Below, in pieces: positions 27,690-38,200 of a stretch of DNA of 47,926 nucleotides (the first letter of the stretch is position 1; each line of letters begins with the position of its first letter). Under the pieces are notes generated by a model. The model ran no database searches. It had not been told where the DNA came from and saw only the letters and a list, made by a program, of their open reading frames with translations. The position numbers and the translations under genes are program-made. The stretch spans positions 1 to 47,926 of the forward strand of contig RFKQ01000092.1 of assembly GCA_003694635.1 (NCBI GenBank), given 5' to 3'. This stretch comes from Planctomycetota bacterium. Its GTDB lineage: Bacteria; Planctomycetota; J132.

Positions 27690-29039
27690 CTATCCAGCCC
27701 CTAGCCCCTGCAACTGTGAAGAAGCCTCGATCCCCTCACCAATCCTCTCCATCAACTCCTTTAACAAAGATACGCTCTCCCCTTCCAACATCACCCGCAA
27801 CAAAGGCTCCGTCCCCGAATACCGCAAAAGAATCCTCCCCTCCGAACCTAATCTATTTCTCACCTCCTCACAAATCTCTCGCAACGAAGTTAGCTCCTCT
27901 AAAGGTGGCTTACAACTTACCGAAAAACTTTTTAAATACTGAGGATAAGGCCGAAATCCCTCCAATAACTCCTCCAAACTCAACCCCGTCTCCACCAAAA
28001 CACGCATGAGCTCAAGAGCCGTCAATATCCCATCCCCTGTGCTATGATACCGGCGCAAAATAATATGCCCCGACTGCTCCCCTCCCAACACCACCCCTCC
28101 CGCCTCCATCGCCTCCAATACCCACCGATCCCCCACCTCCGTGCGCTCCAATTGAATACCCTTCTGCTCCAAAAAACGCTCCAACCCCACATTGCTCATC
28201 ACCGTCGATACCACCCTCGAAGAGGAAAGCCAACCATTGCGCTGGTAAAACAAAGCCAATATGGCCAGCAAATGATCCCCATCCAATACCTTCCCCGTCG
28301 GCGCAATGACTATGACTCTATCTCCATCCCCATCAAAACTAAAAGCAATGTCCGCTTCCGTCGCCTGAAGCCGCTCGAGAGCAAAGGACGGTGAAGTGGC
28401 ACCACAACCCTGGTTAATGTTCCTGCCGTTGGGAAGTACATTGTACGCATCCACATAAGCCCCAAGACGCCGAAATGCCTCCGGCGCAACCTGAAAACAT
28501 GCCCCATGGGCACAGTCCAAAAGTACCTTAAACCCCGTCAACGATAAACCAGAAAATACCTCTTCCAAAAACTGTAAATACTCCGCCTGAAAATGAGAAG
28601 AAGAAATCTCAATCCGCCCCATCCCCTTACCTTCAACTCCTCTACCCTCCTCATAAAACCTTTTAATTTGCCTCTCCTCCTCCACCTTTAACTTTTTACC
28701 CTGCGCAGAAAATAACTTAATCCCATTGTACTCGCCAGAATTGTGAGACGCAGAAATCACTACTCCCAAAGAAAAATCATTCTTCCTGCTCAAATACGCC
28801 ACCGCCCCTGAAGGCAATACCCCCCCCCAAACCACCGAAAAACCACCAGAAGTCAAACCCGCACTCAACGAAGATGCCAACATATCTCCCGACTCCCGCG
28901 TATCCTTCCCCAACAATACCGGCTGATCCAACCCCCTCTCCCGAAGAAAATGACACAATGCTCTCCCCAATCTCACCAATTTCTCCGGAGAGAAATATCC
29001 CTGATTTGGATAACCTCGAATCCCATCCGTACCAAACAT
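27690..29039 (-). CDS. glmM: Phosphoglucosamine mutase
   Basis: FGTDGIRG, ISASHN, FDGDGDR, GGEQSGH, RYSGTEP. Confidence 0.96.
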   Translation of the reverse strand: MFGTDGIRGYPNQGYFSPEKLVRLGRALCHFLRERGLDQPVLLGKDTRESGDMLASSLSAGLTSGGFSVVWGGVLPSGAVAYLSRKNDFSLGVVISASHNSGEYNGIKLFSAQGKKLKVEEERQIKRFYEEGRGVEGKGMGRIEISSSHFQAEYLQFLEEVFSGLSLTGFKVLLDCAHGACFQVAPEAFRRLGAYVDAYNVLPNGRNINQGCGATSPSFALERLQATEADIAFSFDGDGDRVIVIAPTGKVLDGDHLLAILALFYQRNGWLSSSRVVSTVMSNVGLERFLEQKGIQLERTEVGDRWVLEAMEAGGVVLGGEQSGHIILRRYHSTGDGILTALELMRVLVETGLSLEELLEGFRPYPQYLKSFSVSCKPPLEELTSLREICEEVRNRLGSEGRILLRYSGTEPLLRVMLEGESVSLLKELMERIGEGIEASSQLQGLGAG

Positions 29040-29148
29040 AACTTCAAAAACCTTCTACAAAACTCCCAACAAGCTCTTCGAAACATCTCCAAATCCACGA
29101 ATCACCAAACTCAGTTTAATAATAACCATCCTCTTCAAACTCCCCCCC

Positions 29149-30270
29149 CTACTTCACACTCCTCTCCCTTTTGACAATATAAAACTCCACCTGCAACGGC
29201 TTAACCTTGAGAATTCTAACCTTTTTCAAACCCCTGTCAAGATATACCCGCAAAGACGTCACAATCGGACTAGGCTCCCGAGCCCCCACAGAGGGAACAA
29301 CTCGAAACGAAGGTTCCGACCAATCCAATACATCCGGTGCTAAATTCTCTGGTCGAATATAGCAATCAATGTACTTTTGAGGGTGCTTCAAAACCTTTTC
29401 CATCTCTGGCCTAGGCCCCTGAAGAGTTAAATATGCCGTTTTCTTTAAAAGCTCCACAGAAAATACCGCATCCTTGGTAAGGGCCGGCGGAGCTTTTCGA
29501 CGAACATAATCGCTAAAATTATCTGAAATCAATATCCTTATGGGAATAGCTACTCGCTGAGGCGGAGGAAGCTTTTGACGACGCCTCAAAACAAGCTCCA
29601 CCTCCTGATCGCACTCTACCTCATGACGGTACTCTCTCGGAATCTCCACAGGCAATTCCAATATCCTCTGTCCAGAAGTGCTAGAAATCCCAGAAATAGC
29701 CGTCGCCAATACTCTCAGAGGCCGCTGAGAAATCTGATTTAAAATATACTCCGGCCCCTTGACCAAAACCCGCTTTGGACGGTAACTCTCCACCTCAAAA
29801 GAAGAAGGTAAGCGCAAATTAGAAATGTCTACCTCCAAACGTCTCTTTACAATTCTACTTAAAATAAAATTGACTTTGGATGGCTCAATTTTTATGCACA
29901 TCACACCTTCTGGGAGTACAGCCACATTTTCCTTTAAAATAGGCATAAGAAAAGGTGAACCAATCTGAGCTGCCTCGGGTATATGGACATAAACAAATAA
30001 ACCATTGTAATTGACCTGAGCAAGCCTAGACTTACTCCCCCGCAAAGTGACCTTTACCATTTTTACATCTTGCCAAACCGCTCGCACCCCCTTAAACTTT
30101 TCTGCACTGGGCATTTTAAACACCAAAGGTACCTGGTAAAACACCCGCTCTTCCGTAATCTCTTCGGAAACCGAATACCAAATAAACACAGCTATCAGCA
30201 AAGCAATCAGCTTGTTTTTCCAATCCCTAAATAAAAAGAAAAATATATTCTTGATCTTCCTCATTTCCAT
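29149..30270 (-). CDS. cdaR: CdaR/YbbR-like diadenylate cyclase regulator
   Basis: N-terminal TM KLIALLIAVFIWYSV; YbbR-like VKVTLRG and PKRVLVKGP repeats; located between cdaA and glmM. Confidence 0.75.
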   Translation of the reverse strand: MEMRKIKNIFFFLFRDWKNKLIALLIAVFIWYSVSEEITEERVFYQVPLVFKMPSAEKFKGVRAVWQDVKMVKVTLRGSKSRLAQVNYNGLFVYVHIPEAAQIGSPFLMPILKENVAVLPEGVMCIKIEPSKVNFILSRIVKRRLEVDISNLRLPSSFEVESYRPKRVLVKGPEYILNQISQRPLRVLATAISGISSTSGQRILELPVEIPREYRHEVECDQEVELVLRRRQKLPPPQRVAIPIRILISDNFSDYVRRKAPPALTKDAVFSVELLKKTAYLTLQGPRPEMEKVLKHPQKYIDCYIRPENLAPDVLDWSEPSFRVVPSVGAREPSPIVTSLRVYLDRGLKKVRILKVKPLQVEFYIVKRERSVK

Positions 30271-30328
30271 TTTCCATCTACAGAAAAAATTTTTCTGTTT
30301 TTGAATTTAAAGTTCTCCACCTCTTTCC

Positions 30329-31075
30329 TCATTTGGTTAAGTAAAGATCGGTAAAAAGTTTTTTCAGGCTATCTTTGTCTAAATTTTTATGAAGCTCGCC
30401 CCGGTGCGCTAGCGAAATCGCCCCCGTTTCCTCCGAAACTATAATCACAATCGCATCACTCTCCTCCGTCACCCCAATCCCCGCACGATGACGAGTACCC
30501 AACCCCTTCGCCAGCTCACCGCTCTCCGTGAGCGGAAACAAACAACTAGCCGCCAAAATCTGCTCCTCACTAATGATCACCGCCCCATCGTGAAGGGCAG
30601 TACCCGGATAAAAAATCGTCTCCAAAAGCTCACTGCTCACCAAACCCTGAATCAAAACTCCACCCTCCACATAACTCCTTAACCCCACCTCTCGCTCAAT
30701 CGCTATAATCGCTCCAATGCGGTTGCGAGACATCCTCAGCGTAGCCTTCAAAATCTCCTCAATAATCGTGTCCTCCAACGGAATAATCTTATCCAACAAA
30801 GGCGTCTGACCAAGGCGCACTAAACCACGCCGTATCTCCGGCTGGAAAATAATAATCAACGCAAAAACATATGTTGGCAAAAAATTGGATAAAATATAAT
30901 TTAACTGCTCCAGTTGAAAATACTTTGCAATATAAAAAACCACACCATACCCTGCAAAAAATAAAAAGGTAACACCCCGAAAAATGCCCTCTCCCCTGCT
31001 CCCTTTAATAAAGTTTAAAATCGGGTAAATAAATAAAAATAAAAATAAAATCTCAATAATGTTTTTCCAACTCAT
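30329..31075 (-). CDS. cdaA: Diadenylate cyclase CdaA (DacA)
   Basis: Three TM helices, IFQPEIRR, GAIIAIER, LHDGA, GTRHRA. Confidence 0.95.
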   Translation of the reverse strand: MSWKNIIEILFLFLFIYPILNFIKGSRGEGIFRGVTFLFFAGYGVVFYIAKYFQLEQLNYILSNFLPTYVFALIIIFQPEIRRGLVRLGQTPLLDKIIPLEDTIIEEILKATLRMSRNRIGAIIAIEREVGLRSYVEGGVLIQGLVSSELLETIFYPGTALHDGAVIISEEQILAASCLFPLTESGELAKGLGTRHRAGIGVTEESDAIVIIVSEETGAISLAHRGELHKNLDKDSLKKLFTDLYLTK

Positions 31076-31200
31076 TCGTCTCTACCAATGTAAACCTCGA
31101 ATCCTGCTCGCCTTCCACCACAGATTTCCCTTGAATTCTCTTTATCTTAACCCCTTGCTTGCAAAATTGCAAGACTAGTAGGAAAAGTAAAAAATTTTTC

Positions 31201-31227
31201 TTGAAAAGAAATTTTTCATGGTATAAT
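31201..31227 (+). promoter_or_regulatory. Putative sigma70 promoter (extended -10) for fusA
   Basis: TTGAAA at 31201 and TGgTATAAT at 31219-31227 (15-bp spacer, so it probably relies on the extended -10). Confidence 0.5.
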
Positions 31228-31308
31228 TCCCATTTATTTCCAACTCAATTTTTTGACACTCCACAGATTTTTATCTCATCCAACCAATAACGAGGAGAAT
31301 CTCCCCCC

Positions 31309-33435
31309 ATGATGAACCTTGCTAAACTACGCAATATCGGAATTATGGCCCATATCGATGCAGGCAAAACCACCACCACCGAGCGTATCCTCTACTACAC
31401 AGGCAAAACCTACAAGCTCGGAAACGTTGACGAAGGCTCCGCTACCATGGATTGGATGCCCCAGGAAAAAGAACGAGGCATCACCATCACCTCCGCCGCC
31501 ACCTATTGCCCATGGAAAGAACACGTTATCCAAATTATCGATACCCCCGGCCATGTGGACTTCACCGCCGAAGTGGAACGCAGCATCCGAGTGTTAGACG
31601 GCGCCCTCGCTCTGTTTTGCGCCGTTGGCGGTGTAGAACCTCAGTCGGAAACCGTCTGGAGACAAGCAGATAAATACAAAATCCCCCGCTTAGCCTTTGT
31701 CAATAAAATGGATAGAGCTGGAGCAAATTTCGAACGCGTTATCTCGATGATCTCCGAACGCTTCCATACCCTCCCTATCGCCATCCAATACCCCATCGGA
31801 GAAGGTGAACACTTCCAAGGAGTGGTAGACCTCATCGAAAAAAAAGCCATCCTCTGGCCAGAACAAAACAGCGCTACAGACTTCCAACTTAGCGATATCC
31901 CGTGGCAATGGGAAGAACCCGTACAAAAAGCACGAGAGAAAATGCTAGAAAGCCTCTGCGATCTTAGTGATCACCTCGCAGAAAAATACCTCAACGAAGA
32001 AGAAATCTCACCCCAAGAAATACGATCCCTACTCCGAGAAAAAACCCTTTCCCTCGAAATCACCCCCGTGCTGTGCGGCTCCGCCTTTAAAAATAAAGGG
32101 ATACAACCCCTCCTCGATGCCATTGTCCACTATCTCCCCTCCCCCCTAGATCTACCTCCCATCGAAGGCGTCCATCCCCAATCCAAAGAAAAAAAACAAC
32201 TTGCCACCTCCCCCAACGAACCCCTAAGCGCCCTTGCCTTCAAAATTATGGCCGATCCACACGTAGGCAAAATCACCTTCTTACGCCTCTACTCCGGTAC
32301 CCTCCAAGCCGGATCCTATGTCCATAACGCCAACAACAACACCAAAGAACGCATCGGACGCATCCTCCGCATGCACGCCAACGAACGGGAAGCTATCCCC
32401 CAAGCCACCGCCGGCGATATCGTCGCCGTCGTAGGGCTAAAACACACCAAAACAGGCCATACCCTCTGCCAAAAAGAAAATCCTATCCTGCTCGAGAATA
32501 TCAACTTCCCCGAACCCGTAATCTCCATCAGCGTCGAACCACAAAATCGCGCCGAGAGAGAAAAATTTAGCAAAACCCTCAGCCGACTGTGCGAAGAAGA
32601 CCCTACCCTCCAAGTCCATCACGATACCGAAAACGAACAAACCCTTATCTCCGGTATGGGAGAACTCCACCTAGAAGTGATCCTTCACCGCATTCAAAAC
32701 GAATTCCACCTCCCCGTCAGCTCCGGCCGACCTCAAGTGGCTTATCGAGAAACTATCTCGAAAAAATCCTCCGCCAACGTCAAATACGCCAAACAAACCG
32801 GAGGTAGAGGACAGTACGCCCACGTCATCCTCGAAATCGAACCCAATAAGGCCGGGGGCGGCTTCGAATTCCAAAACTCCATCGTTGGCGGCGCCATTCC
32901 TAAAGAGTACATTCCCGCTGTGGAAAAAGGCATCCAACAAGCCATGAAAGAAGGTGTACTCGCCTCCTTCCCCATGGTCGATATCAAAGTACACCTCACC
33001 GACGGCTCCTTCCACGAAGTGGACTCCTCCGAATTGGCCTTCCAAACAGCAGGCTACATGGCCTTTAAACAAGCTGCCGCAAAAGCCTCTCCAAAACTCT
33101 TAGAACCCGTCATGCTCGTGGAAGTGTTTACCCCCGCTGAATACCTAGGCGATGTCCTTGGCAATATCCAACAGCGACGAGCGAAAATTCAATCCATCCG
33201 AGAACAAGGTCGCACCCAACATATCCAAGCCCATATCCCCCTGGCGGAAATGTTTGGCTATGCCACCGTCTTGCGCTCCCTCACCCAAGGAAGAGCTGAC
33301 CACACCATGCAATTTTCCCACTACCAAGTGCTCCCCCAAGAACTCGCCGAAGAAGTGCGCAATACCAAAAAGAAAACCACCACAACCCCCTCAAACACAA
33401 ACGCAAAATCCAAGAAAAAAGCAAAATCCGCCTAA
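31309..33435 (+). CDS. fusA: Elongation factor G (stand-alone copy)
   Basis: [60 protein letters not shown]. Confidence 0.97.
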   Translation: MMNLAKLRNIGIMAHIDAGKTTTTERILYYTGKTYKLGNVDEGSATMDWMPQEKERGITITSAATYCPWKEHVIQIIDTPGHVDFTAEVERSIRVLDGALALFCAVGGVEPQSETVWRQADKYKIPRLAFVNKMDRAGANFERVISMISERFHTLPIAIQYPIGEGEHFQGVVDLIEKKAILWPEQNSATDFQLSDIPWQWEEPVQKAREKMLESLCDLSDHLAEKYLNEEEISPQEIRSLLREKTLSLEITPVLCGSAFKNKGIQPLLDAIVHYLPSPLDLPPIEGVHPQSKEKKQLATSPNEPLSALAFKIMADPHVGKITFLRLYSGTLQAGSYVHNANNNTKERIGRILRMHANEREAIPQATAGDIVAVVGLKHTKTGHTLCQKENPILLENINFPEPVISISVEPQNRAEREKFSKTLSRLCEEDPTLQVHHDTENEQTLISGMGELHLEVILHRIQNEFHLPVSSGRPQVAYRETISKKSSANVKYAKQTGGRGQYAHVILEIEPNKAGGGFEFQNSIVGGAIPKEYIPAVEKGIQQAMKEGVLASFPMVDIKVHLTDGSFHEVDSSELAFQTAGYMAFKQAAAKASPKLLEPVMLVEVFTPAEYLGDVLGNIQQRRAKIQSIREQGRTQHIQAHIPLAEMFGYATVLRSLTQGRADHTMQFSHYQVLPQELAEEVRNTKKKTTTTPSNTNAKSKKKAKSA

Positions 33436-34388
33436 TCCTCTCCCCCCCCTTGAGGGGGGCTACCCTTCCCCGACAACTTTCCCGTGTCCAAAATATACAC
33501 CACCTTCGATGAAAAAAACGTTACCTCATGAAACAACGAATACCTCCGCAATACCAAAGGCAAATCCCAGACAACCAAACGATGCACCCCAAAAATTTTA
33601 CCTGAGAAAAGAAGTAGTAACGTCGGATTGCTCCTGAGGCAAACTCCACCAACTCCCCCCTCCAAAGGATCTGAACATAAAAAATCTAAACAAAGCTCCG
33701 CCTCTCCCCCTCTCCACCTTCCTTTTCCCAAATCGGGGGAAACTCTCCCCGGTATAACATACTCCACATCATTAGCCAAAACTCCAAAATAAACTTCCTT
33801 TACCTCCCCCTGAAATAAAAGAATAGACCTTCTACTCAACGAAGAATACAAACTCTCCAACCTCCAAAAATCTTTCTGTATGCCCATAAAATCTTTATAT
33901 AAGTCCGAAAAATTCTCTACCTTTCTCGAAAAAGCCTCTATCCTGAACGCTAAACGCCTCCAAAACTCTCCCTCCGCATAAGTCAAATCTCCCTTCTCCA
34001 ACACTTCAGAAGCGGAAAAACCTCTCTGCCTAGCCTCCAAAGAAAATCGCAACAACTCCCACCAACGGTCCATCAACAAAGATTGAGAAGAGAAAGTTCC
34101 ACTGGCAATAGAGTCAAAAAGAGTTTGAAAAAATTCTATCGACTCTAAAAAAAGCTCAAATAAAACCGGCCGACTTCCCAAAATCTCTCTCCAAAAAGCG
34201 CAAAATTCTAACAAACCCTCCACCACCGTTCCCCGACAAAGACACTCTACCTGCTCAATTACGTCCAACATCAAAGGCAAATAACCGTCCAACAGCTCAG
34301 AAGAAACGGAAAGCCTCTCTACATAAAATTTTAAACTCTGGCAATAAACCTCCAACTCCTCCCGAAGCAACACCAAATCTGAAGACAT
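33432..34388 (-). CDS. Hypothetical protein, degenerate Hpt-like N-terminus and CheW-like C-terminus
   Basis: Helical N-terminus resembling CheA P1 without the His; C-terminal [12 protein letters not shown]...[17 protein letters not shown] resembles CheW; downstream of an MCP-like gene. Confidence 0.45.
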   Translation of the reverse strand: MSSDLVLLREELEVYCQSLKFYVERLSVSSELLDGYLPLMLDVIEQVECLCRGTVVEGLLEFCAFWREILGSRPVLFELFLESIEFFQTLFDSIASGTFSSQSLLMDRWWELLRFSLEARQRGFSASEVLEKGDLTYAEGEFWRRLAFRIEAFSRKVENFSDLYKDFMGIQKDFWRLESLYSSLSRRSILLFQGEVKEVYFGVLANDVEYVIPGRVSPDLGKGRWRGGEAELCLDFLCSDPLEGGVGGVCLRSNPTLLLLFSGKIFGVHRLVVWDLPLVLRRYSLFHEVTFFSSKVVYILDTGKLSGKGSPPQGGGED

Positions 34389-34462
34389 ACCCTATTTCAG
34401 AACAAAATCCTTTGCAACAAGGACTGCCCGAACTCCTTCTGTCTCTGCGAAACCCTTTCTCA

Positions 34463-34506
34463 CTCGGAACCTTTTTCAAAAAAAGGTTCCGTACCTCCAA
34501 AAACTT
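34463..34506. repeat. REP-like palindromic dispersed repeat, copy 2
   Basis: ctCGGAACCTTTTTcaAAAAAAGGTTCCGtacctccaaaaactt; intergenic. Confidence 0.75.
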
Positions 34507-34572
34507 TTGCTTTGTACCCCCCCCACAAATCAAAAAACCGAGCAAAACTCATAATTTCTTCACACCTCGCAA

Positions 34573-36366
34573 CTACCCCCCAGAAAAAAAATCCTGGAAA
34601 TCCAAAAAAATATCTTCCAGCCGCTGAAACTTTCCACAAATCCGCTCCCAACCCTCCCCCAACTCTCGAAGCCTACATCCCAAATCTTTTATGACTAAAT
34701 CTTTTTCCTCTTCACTATCTCTTCCCAAACGGCTCAAAAGCTCTTCTAATCTCTTCCTCGCTGCATGCACCCCGCTCTTCCAATCCCTCCACTCTCGAAA
34801 AAGCGAAGAAAGCTCCTCAGAAAGCAAAGCTAACTTGCGCAACATACCCTCACGAAACTCCTGAAACTGAACCTGCCAACCTGCAGCTTTCTCCCTTATC
34901 CGATCCATCTTCTCTAAAACTACCTTTTGGTTTACCCTCACCTGCCTAGCCATCTCTTCCACCCCACGTCCCATCTCCCCAAGCTTGGCCGCCTCCAAAG
35001 ACGCATTTACCGCCACAAAATCTAAAGTGCTCAAATCACGAAAAACCTGTTCCACACTCTCTAATAGCACCTCAGATACATTCTCCTTCAGGTTCGGCCA
35101 AAACGAAAAACCTATCCACGTCTCCAGCTCCCCCACCAAAGAGCTGATCCTATCTTCCGAAATACGTGAATCCATTTTATCCAACAGGAGCTCTAAACTC
35201 CGAATGACCTCTTCTAATCCTTCCAATCGGAAGGACTGCTTTTGCTGAGCAATATTTTTCTGAATTTTGAATAGTTCCTTTTGCTGATTCTCACTATTTT
35301 CTTGGAAATGAAGAAAAGCCGCCTGAAAATCCCGATAACCGTGATAAACCCTTTTGATCTTTCTCTCCCTCTCAAGTTTATCATTTTCGCAAAAATAACA
35401 AATTTGCTCATAAAACTCCCTCCATAGCTCTTCTTCTTCTGCCACCCTCTTTATAGGAAATGGCTTTCCAGGGAAGAGTCCCTTCCAGATTTGACGAGCT
35501 TTCTCCACCTTCTGAGAGAGTTTTAGACTAAATCGCAAAGATAGCCAAAAACAAATGAACACTACTCCCCCGAAAATCAGACCCAAATACAGCACCATAT
35601 TCCTGAAACTCTCCATTCCCTTCTGTAAAGGTAGCAGCAACCACAAGCTACAGGGCAAAGGTGAGTGGGAAAACTCTAATTTTTTATATACACCTATCCT
35701 CCCCCACCAAAGTGCTTCAATCCAGTTGGAATCAACACAACTCTGAATAAAAAAAGACCTCTCTTCTCCTCGAACATTGGTAAAAATAGGCTCGCCCAGT
35801 TCATCCTCAAATAAAATCTTTATCCCCTTCCAAACGTCGGAAAGTTCTTGAAAGTCGAAAGCAAATTCTTGGAAAGAAAATATAAAAATCATGGAAAAGC
35901 CTGACTTAAAGGGCAAATACGCCCCTCCCTTCCACTCTGATAAAGAAGAGGCTTTAAAAAAAAATATTTTTGGCGTACTTGAAGAGAGTCGATCTAAAGA
36001 AGAGAGGTCAAAATTTTTTCGCATTTTCCCATCTCCTCCCACTAACTCCCCCTTGGAATTGAAAATATAAATATGCCTCAAATACCTAAACTTTGATTTT
36101 ATCTCCGCTAGCTTTCGAGGAAGACGTCTCACATTGTAAACCTCTGTATTACGATAAACCGCCTCTACCCGCTTCGTTAAATCTTCCATTCGTTTCTGCC
36201 ATCTTCCCTCTAAATGGTTGCTTACCTCCAGCAACTTGCTATGATAGGAGCGAAAAAGGGCCCGCCCCCAAAAATATCCAAAGCTGCCCAATAATCCCAT
36301 GATAGGCAAAAGGAAAACAAAAACATAGTAAACAAACCTTCTTATGGTCAAAAAGACTACACTCAC
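34573..36366 (-). CDS. Divergent methyl-accepting chemotaxis-like protein
   Basis: TM1, Cache-like periplasmic region (IYIFNSKGELV), TM2, then a hairpin tip LDFVAVNASLEAAKLGEMGRGVEEMARQVR similar to the canonical [24 protein letters not shown].EVR. Confidence 0.75.
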   Translation of the reverse strand: MSVVFLTIRRFVYYVFVFLLPIMGLLGSFGYFWGRALFRSYHSKLLEVSNHLEGRWQKRMEDLTKRVEAVYRNTEVYNVRRLPRKLAEIKSKFRYLRHIYIFNSKGELVGGDGKMRKNFDLSSLDRLSSSTPKIFFFKASSLSEWKGGAYLPFKSGFSMIFIFSFQEFAFDFQELSDVWKGIKILFEDELGEPIFTNVRGEERSFFIQSCVDSNWIEALWWGRIGVYKKLEFSHSPLPCSLWLLLPLQKGMESFRNMVLYLGLIFGGVVFICFWLSLRFSLKLSQKVEKARQIWKGLFPGKPFPIKRVAEEEELWREFYEQICYFCENDKLERERKIKRVYHGYRDFQAAFLHFQENSENQQKELFKIQKNIAQQKQSFRLEGLEEVIRSLELLLDKMDSRISEDRISSLVGELETWIGFSFWPNLKENVSEVLLESVEQVFRDLSTLDFVAVNASLEAAKLGEMGRGVEEMARQVRVNQKVVLEKMDRIREKAAGWQVQFQEFREGMLRKLALLSEELSSLFREWRDWKSGVHAARKRLEELLSRLGRDSEEEKDLVIKDLGCRLRELGEGWERICGKFQRLEDIFLDFQDFFSGG

Positions 36367-36422
36367 CTATAACCTACCTCCAGTAAAATTTAAAACGCTT
36401 CTTGCGTTCTAAAAAATCGGAC

Positions 36423-36956
36423 CTAAACTAAACGCCCATCAAAAGTCTTTATAAACCTTTCCCACGCCTCTCTATGCTCAAAAGAAATTTTGAATTGCAG
36501 ATAAACTCGATACGAGGAAAGCGATCGTATCCTCCAAAATACTCTAGGGTTGCTGGTCATGTAAAATACCACTGCACAAATTGACGCTACCAAACTCCAA
36601 AACCTCCATACAGAGGGTAAAAAAGGTATAAAATCTATCTGTCCAACTCCCCAAAAAAGCAAAAAAGCAAAAGCAACCCAAAGCAAAATCAAAGGATGCC
36701 TGCGCTCCAAATTATAACTATCTACGCTTGAATATGGCAGATAAATAGTAAAATTGCGAAACAACCCCTGCCGGTGAATTTGCAAAGCATCAGAATTTAA
36801 GACAATCTTAGTCTGCAATCGAGAGCGAAATATCAACCGGACGCAAGAGGAAAAAATCCCACAATTCCTCAAGACAAAAACAGGAGCATCTCTATCCTCA
36901 GACTGAATCGAAACTACTTCCTGGCAGGGGAAAACCGTCTTAGAATACCATATCAT
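36423..36956 (-). CDS. Hypothetical membrane protein (2 TM)
   Basis: 177-aa ORF with two hydrophobic segments; co-oriented with the MCP-like gene. Confidence 0.55.
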   Translation of the reverse strand: MIWYSKTVFPCQEVVSIQSEDRDAPVFVLRNCGIFSSCVRLIFRSRLQTKIVLNSDALQIHRQGLFRNFTIYLPYSSVDSYNLERRHPLILLWVAFAFLLFWGVGQIDFIPFLPSVWRFWSLVASICAVVFYMTSNPRVFWRIRSLSSYRVYLQFKISFEHREAWERFIKTFDGRLV

Positions 36957-37054
36957 TTCTTCTTCTACCTCTAGAACAAAGATTATTGTCTATTGGGTAA
37001 TTATATAAAATGATACCATTTTCGCAAACCATTTTCTCTTGGAGAGTCTAAATA

Positions 37055-38200
37055 ATGCCAAAAATTGCCGTTTTAGGCGTAGGCCGAGTTGGATATACCA
37101 TCGCCAAAACACTTTCTCAAAAATATACGGTTTACGCCGTAGATTGCAGCGAAACAGCTCTCAGAAAACTTCACTCTCTCGACAACCTCCATACCATCCA
37201 CGGCGATCTTAACAACCCTACCTCTCTCGAAAAAATAGGAAACCAGGTAGAGCTCGTGGTCAACGCCCTCCCTAGCCATTTGGGTTATTCCACCCTACAA
37301 ACGATCCTCAAACTTCAAAAAAACATTGTGGACATTTCATTCTTTTCGGAAGATCCTTTCCAACTCGATAACCTAGCAAAAAGCAACCGCGTATGTGCTG
37401 TTGTGGACAGCGGCCTGGCGCCCGGTTTGAGCAACCTCTTCCTCGGCTACTACGAAAATCAACTCCCCATTACCCATTTTGAGTGCATGGTGGGAGGCCT
37501 TCCTCTAGAGCGCACTCTACCTTTTCAATACGCAGCTCCCTTCTGCCCGAGGGATGTTCTAGAGGAATACATACGTCCAGCGCGATTTAAAAAAAACGGC
37601 AACATACTCTCCCAAGATCCACTCCAAAATCTAAATCTTATCGAAATACCAACGGTAGGCACATTGGAATGTTTCTTAACCGACGGGCTACGTACCTTAT
37701 TGTACACCTCAGCAGTTCCCAATATGGAGGAAAAAACTCTACGCTATCCCGGACACCTCCAATGTATACGAGTTTTAAAAGCCGCAAACCTACTCCAAAC
37801 AGAAAGCGTCGAGTTCCAAGGAACCTCTCTTCGCCCCATTGACTTCACCGCCCATCAGCTGAAAGAATGCTGGCAATTTAAAAATGGGCAAAAAGATATC
37901 ACTATTATGCTTCTGCGCATGAAAACTCCGTCAAAAACCCTCTCCTTTCGCCTCTGGGACACCTACGACACAATCACTTCCACCTCCTCTATGGCGCGCA
38001 CCACAGGCTTTACTTGCTGCGCTGTGGTGGAACTTCTGTTGCAAGGAAGCTGGAAATCAACAGGAGTTCAGCCGCTGGAGTTTGTTGGAAAAGACGAGAA
38101 AGCCTTCCGATGGATTTTAAACTACCTCACCAGCCGTGGTGTTCAGCTTTCTCAAAGCGAAGAAAAATTCCCAGACAAGCCAAATCCCGATTCCCCCTAA
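37055..38200 (+). CDS. Saccharopine dehydrogenase / lysine 6-dehydrogenase family oxidoreductase
   Basis: Rossmann GVGRVG, DSGLAPGLSN, VGGLP, TDGLRTL, EKTLRYPGH, SSMARTTGF. Confidence 0.9.
   Translation: MPKIAVLGVGRVGYTIAKTLSQKYTVYAVDCSETALRKLHSLDNLHTIHGDLNNPTSLEKIGNQVELVVNALPSHLGYSTLQTILKLQKNIVDISFFSEDPFQLDNLAKSNRVCAVVDSGLAPGLSNLFLGYYENQLPITHFECMVGGLPLERTLPFQYAAPFCPRDVLEEYIRPARFKKNGNILSQDPLQNLNLIEIPTVGTLECFLTDGLRTLLYTSAVPNMEEKTLRYPGHLQCIRVLKAANLLQTESVEFQGTSLRPIDFTAHQLKECWQFKNGQKDITIMLLRMKTPSKTLSFRLWDTYDTITSTSSMARTTGFTCCAVVELLLQGSWKSTGVQPLEFVGKDEKAFRWILNYLTSRGVQLSQSEEKFPDKPNPDSP

Noticed and set aside
33444-33459. C-run/G-run hairpin after fusA as a terminator
   Set aside because: Homopolymer stem, no U-tract, and it lies inside the convergent CDS; not well supported.
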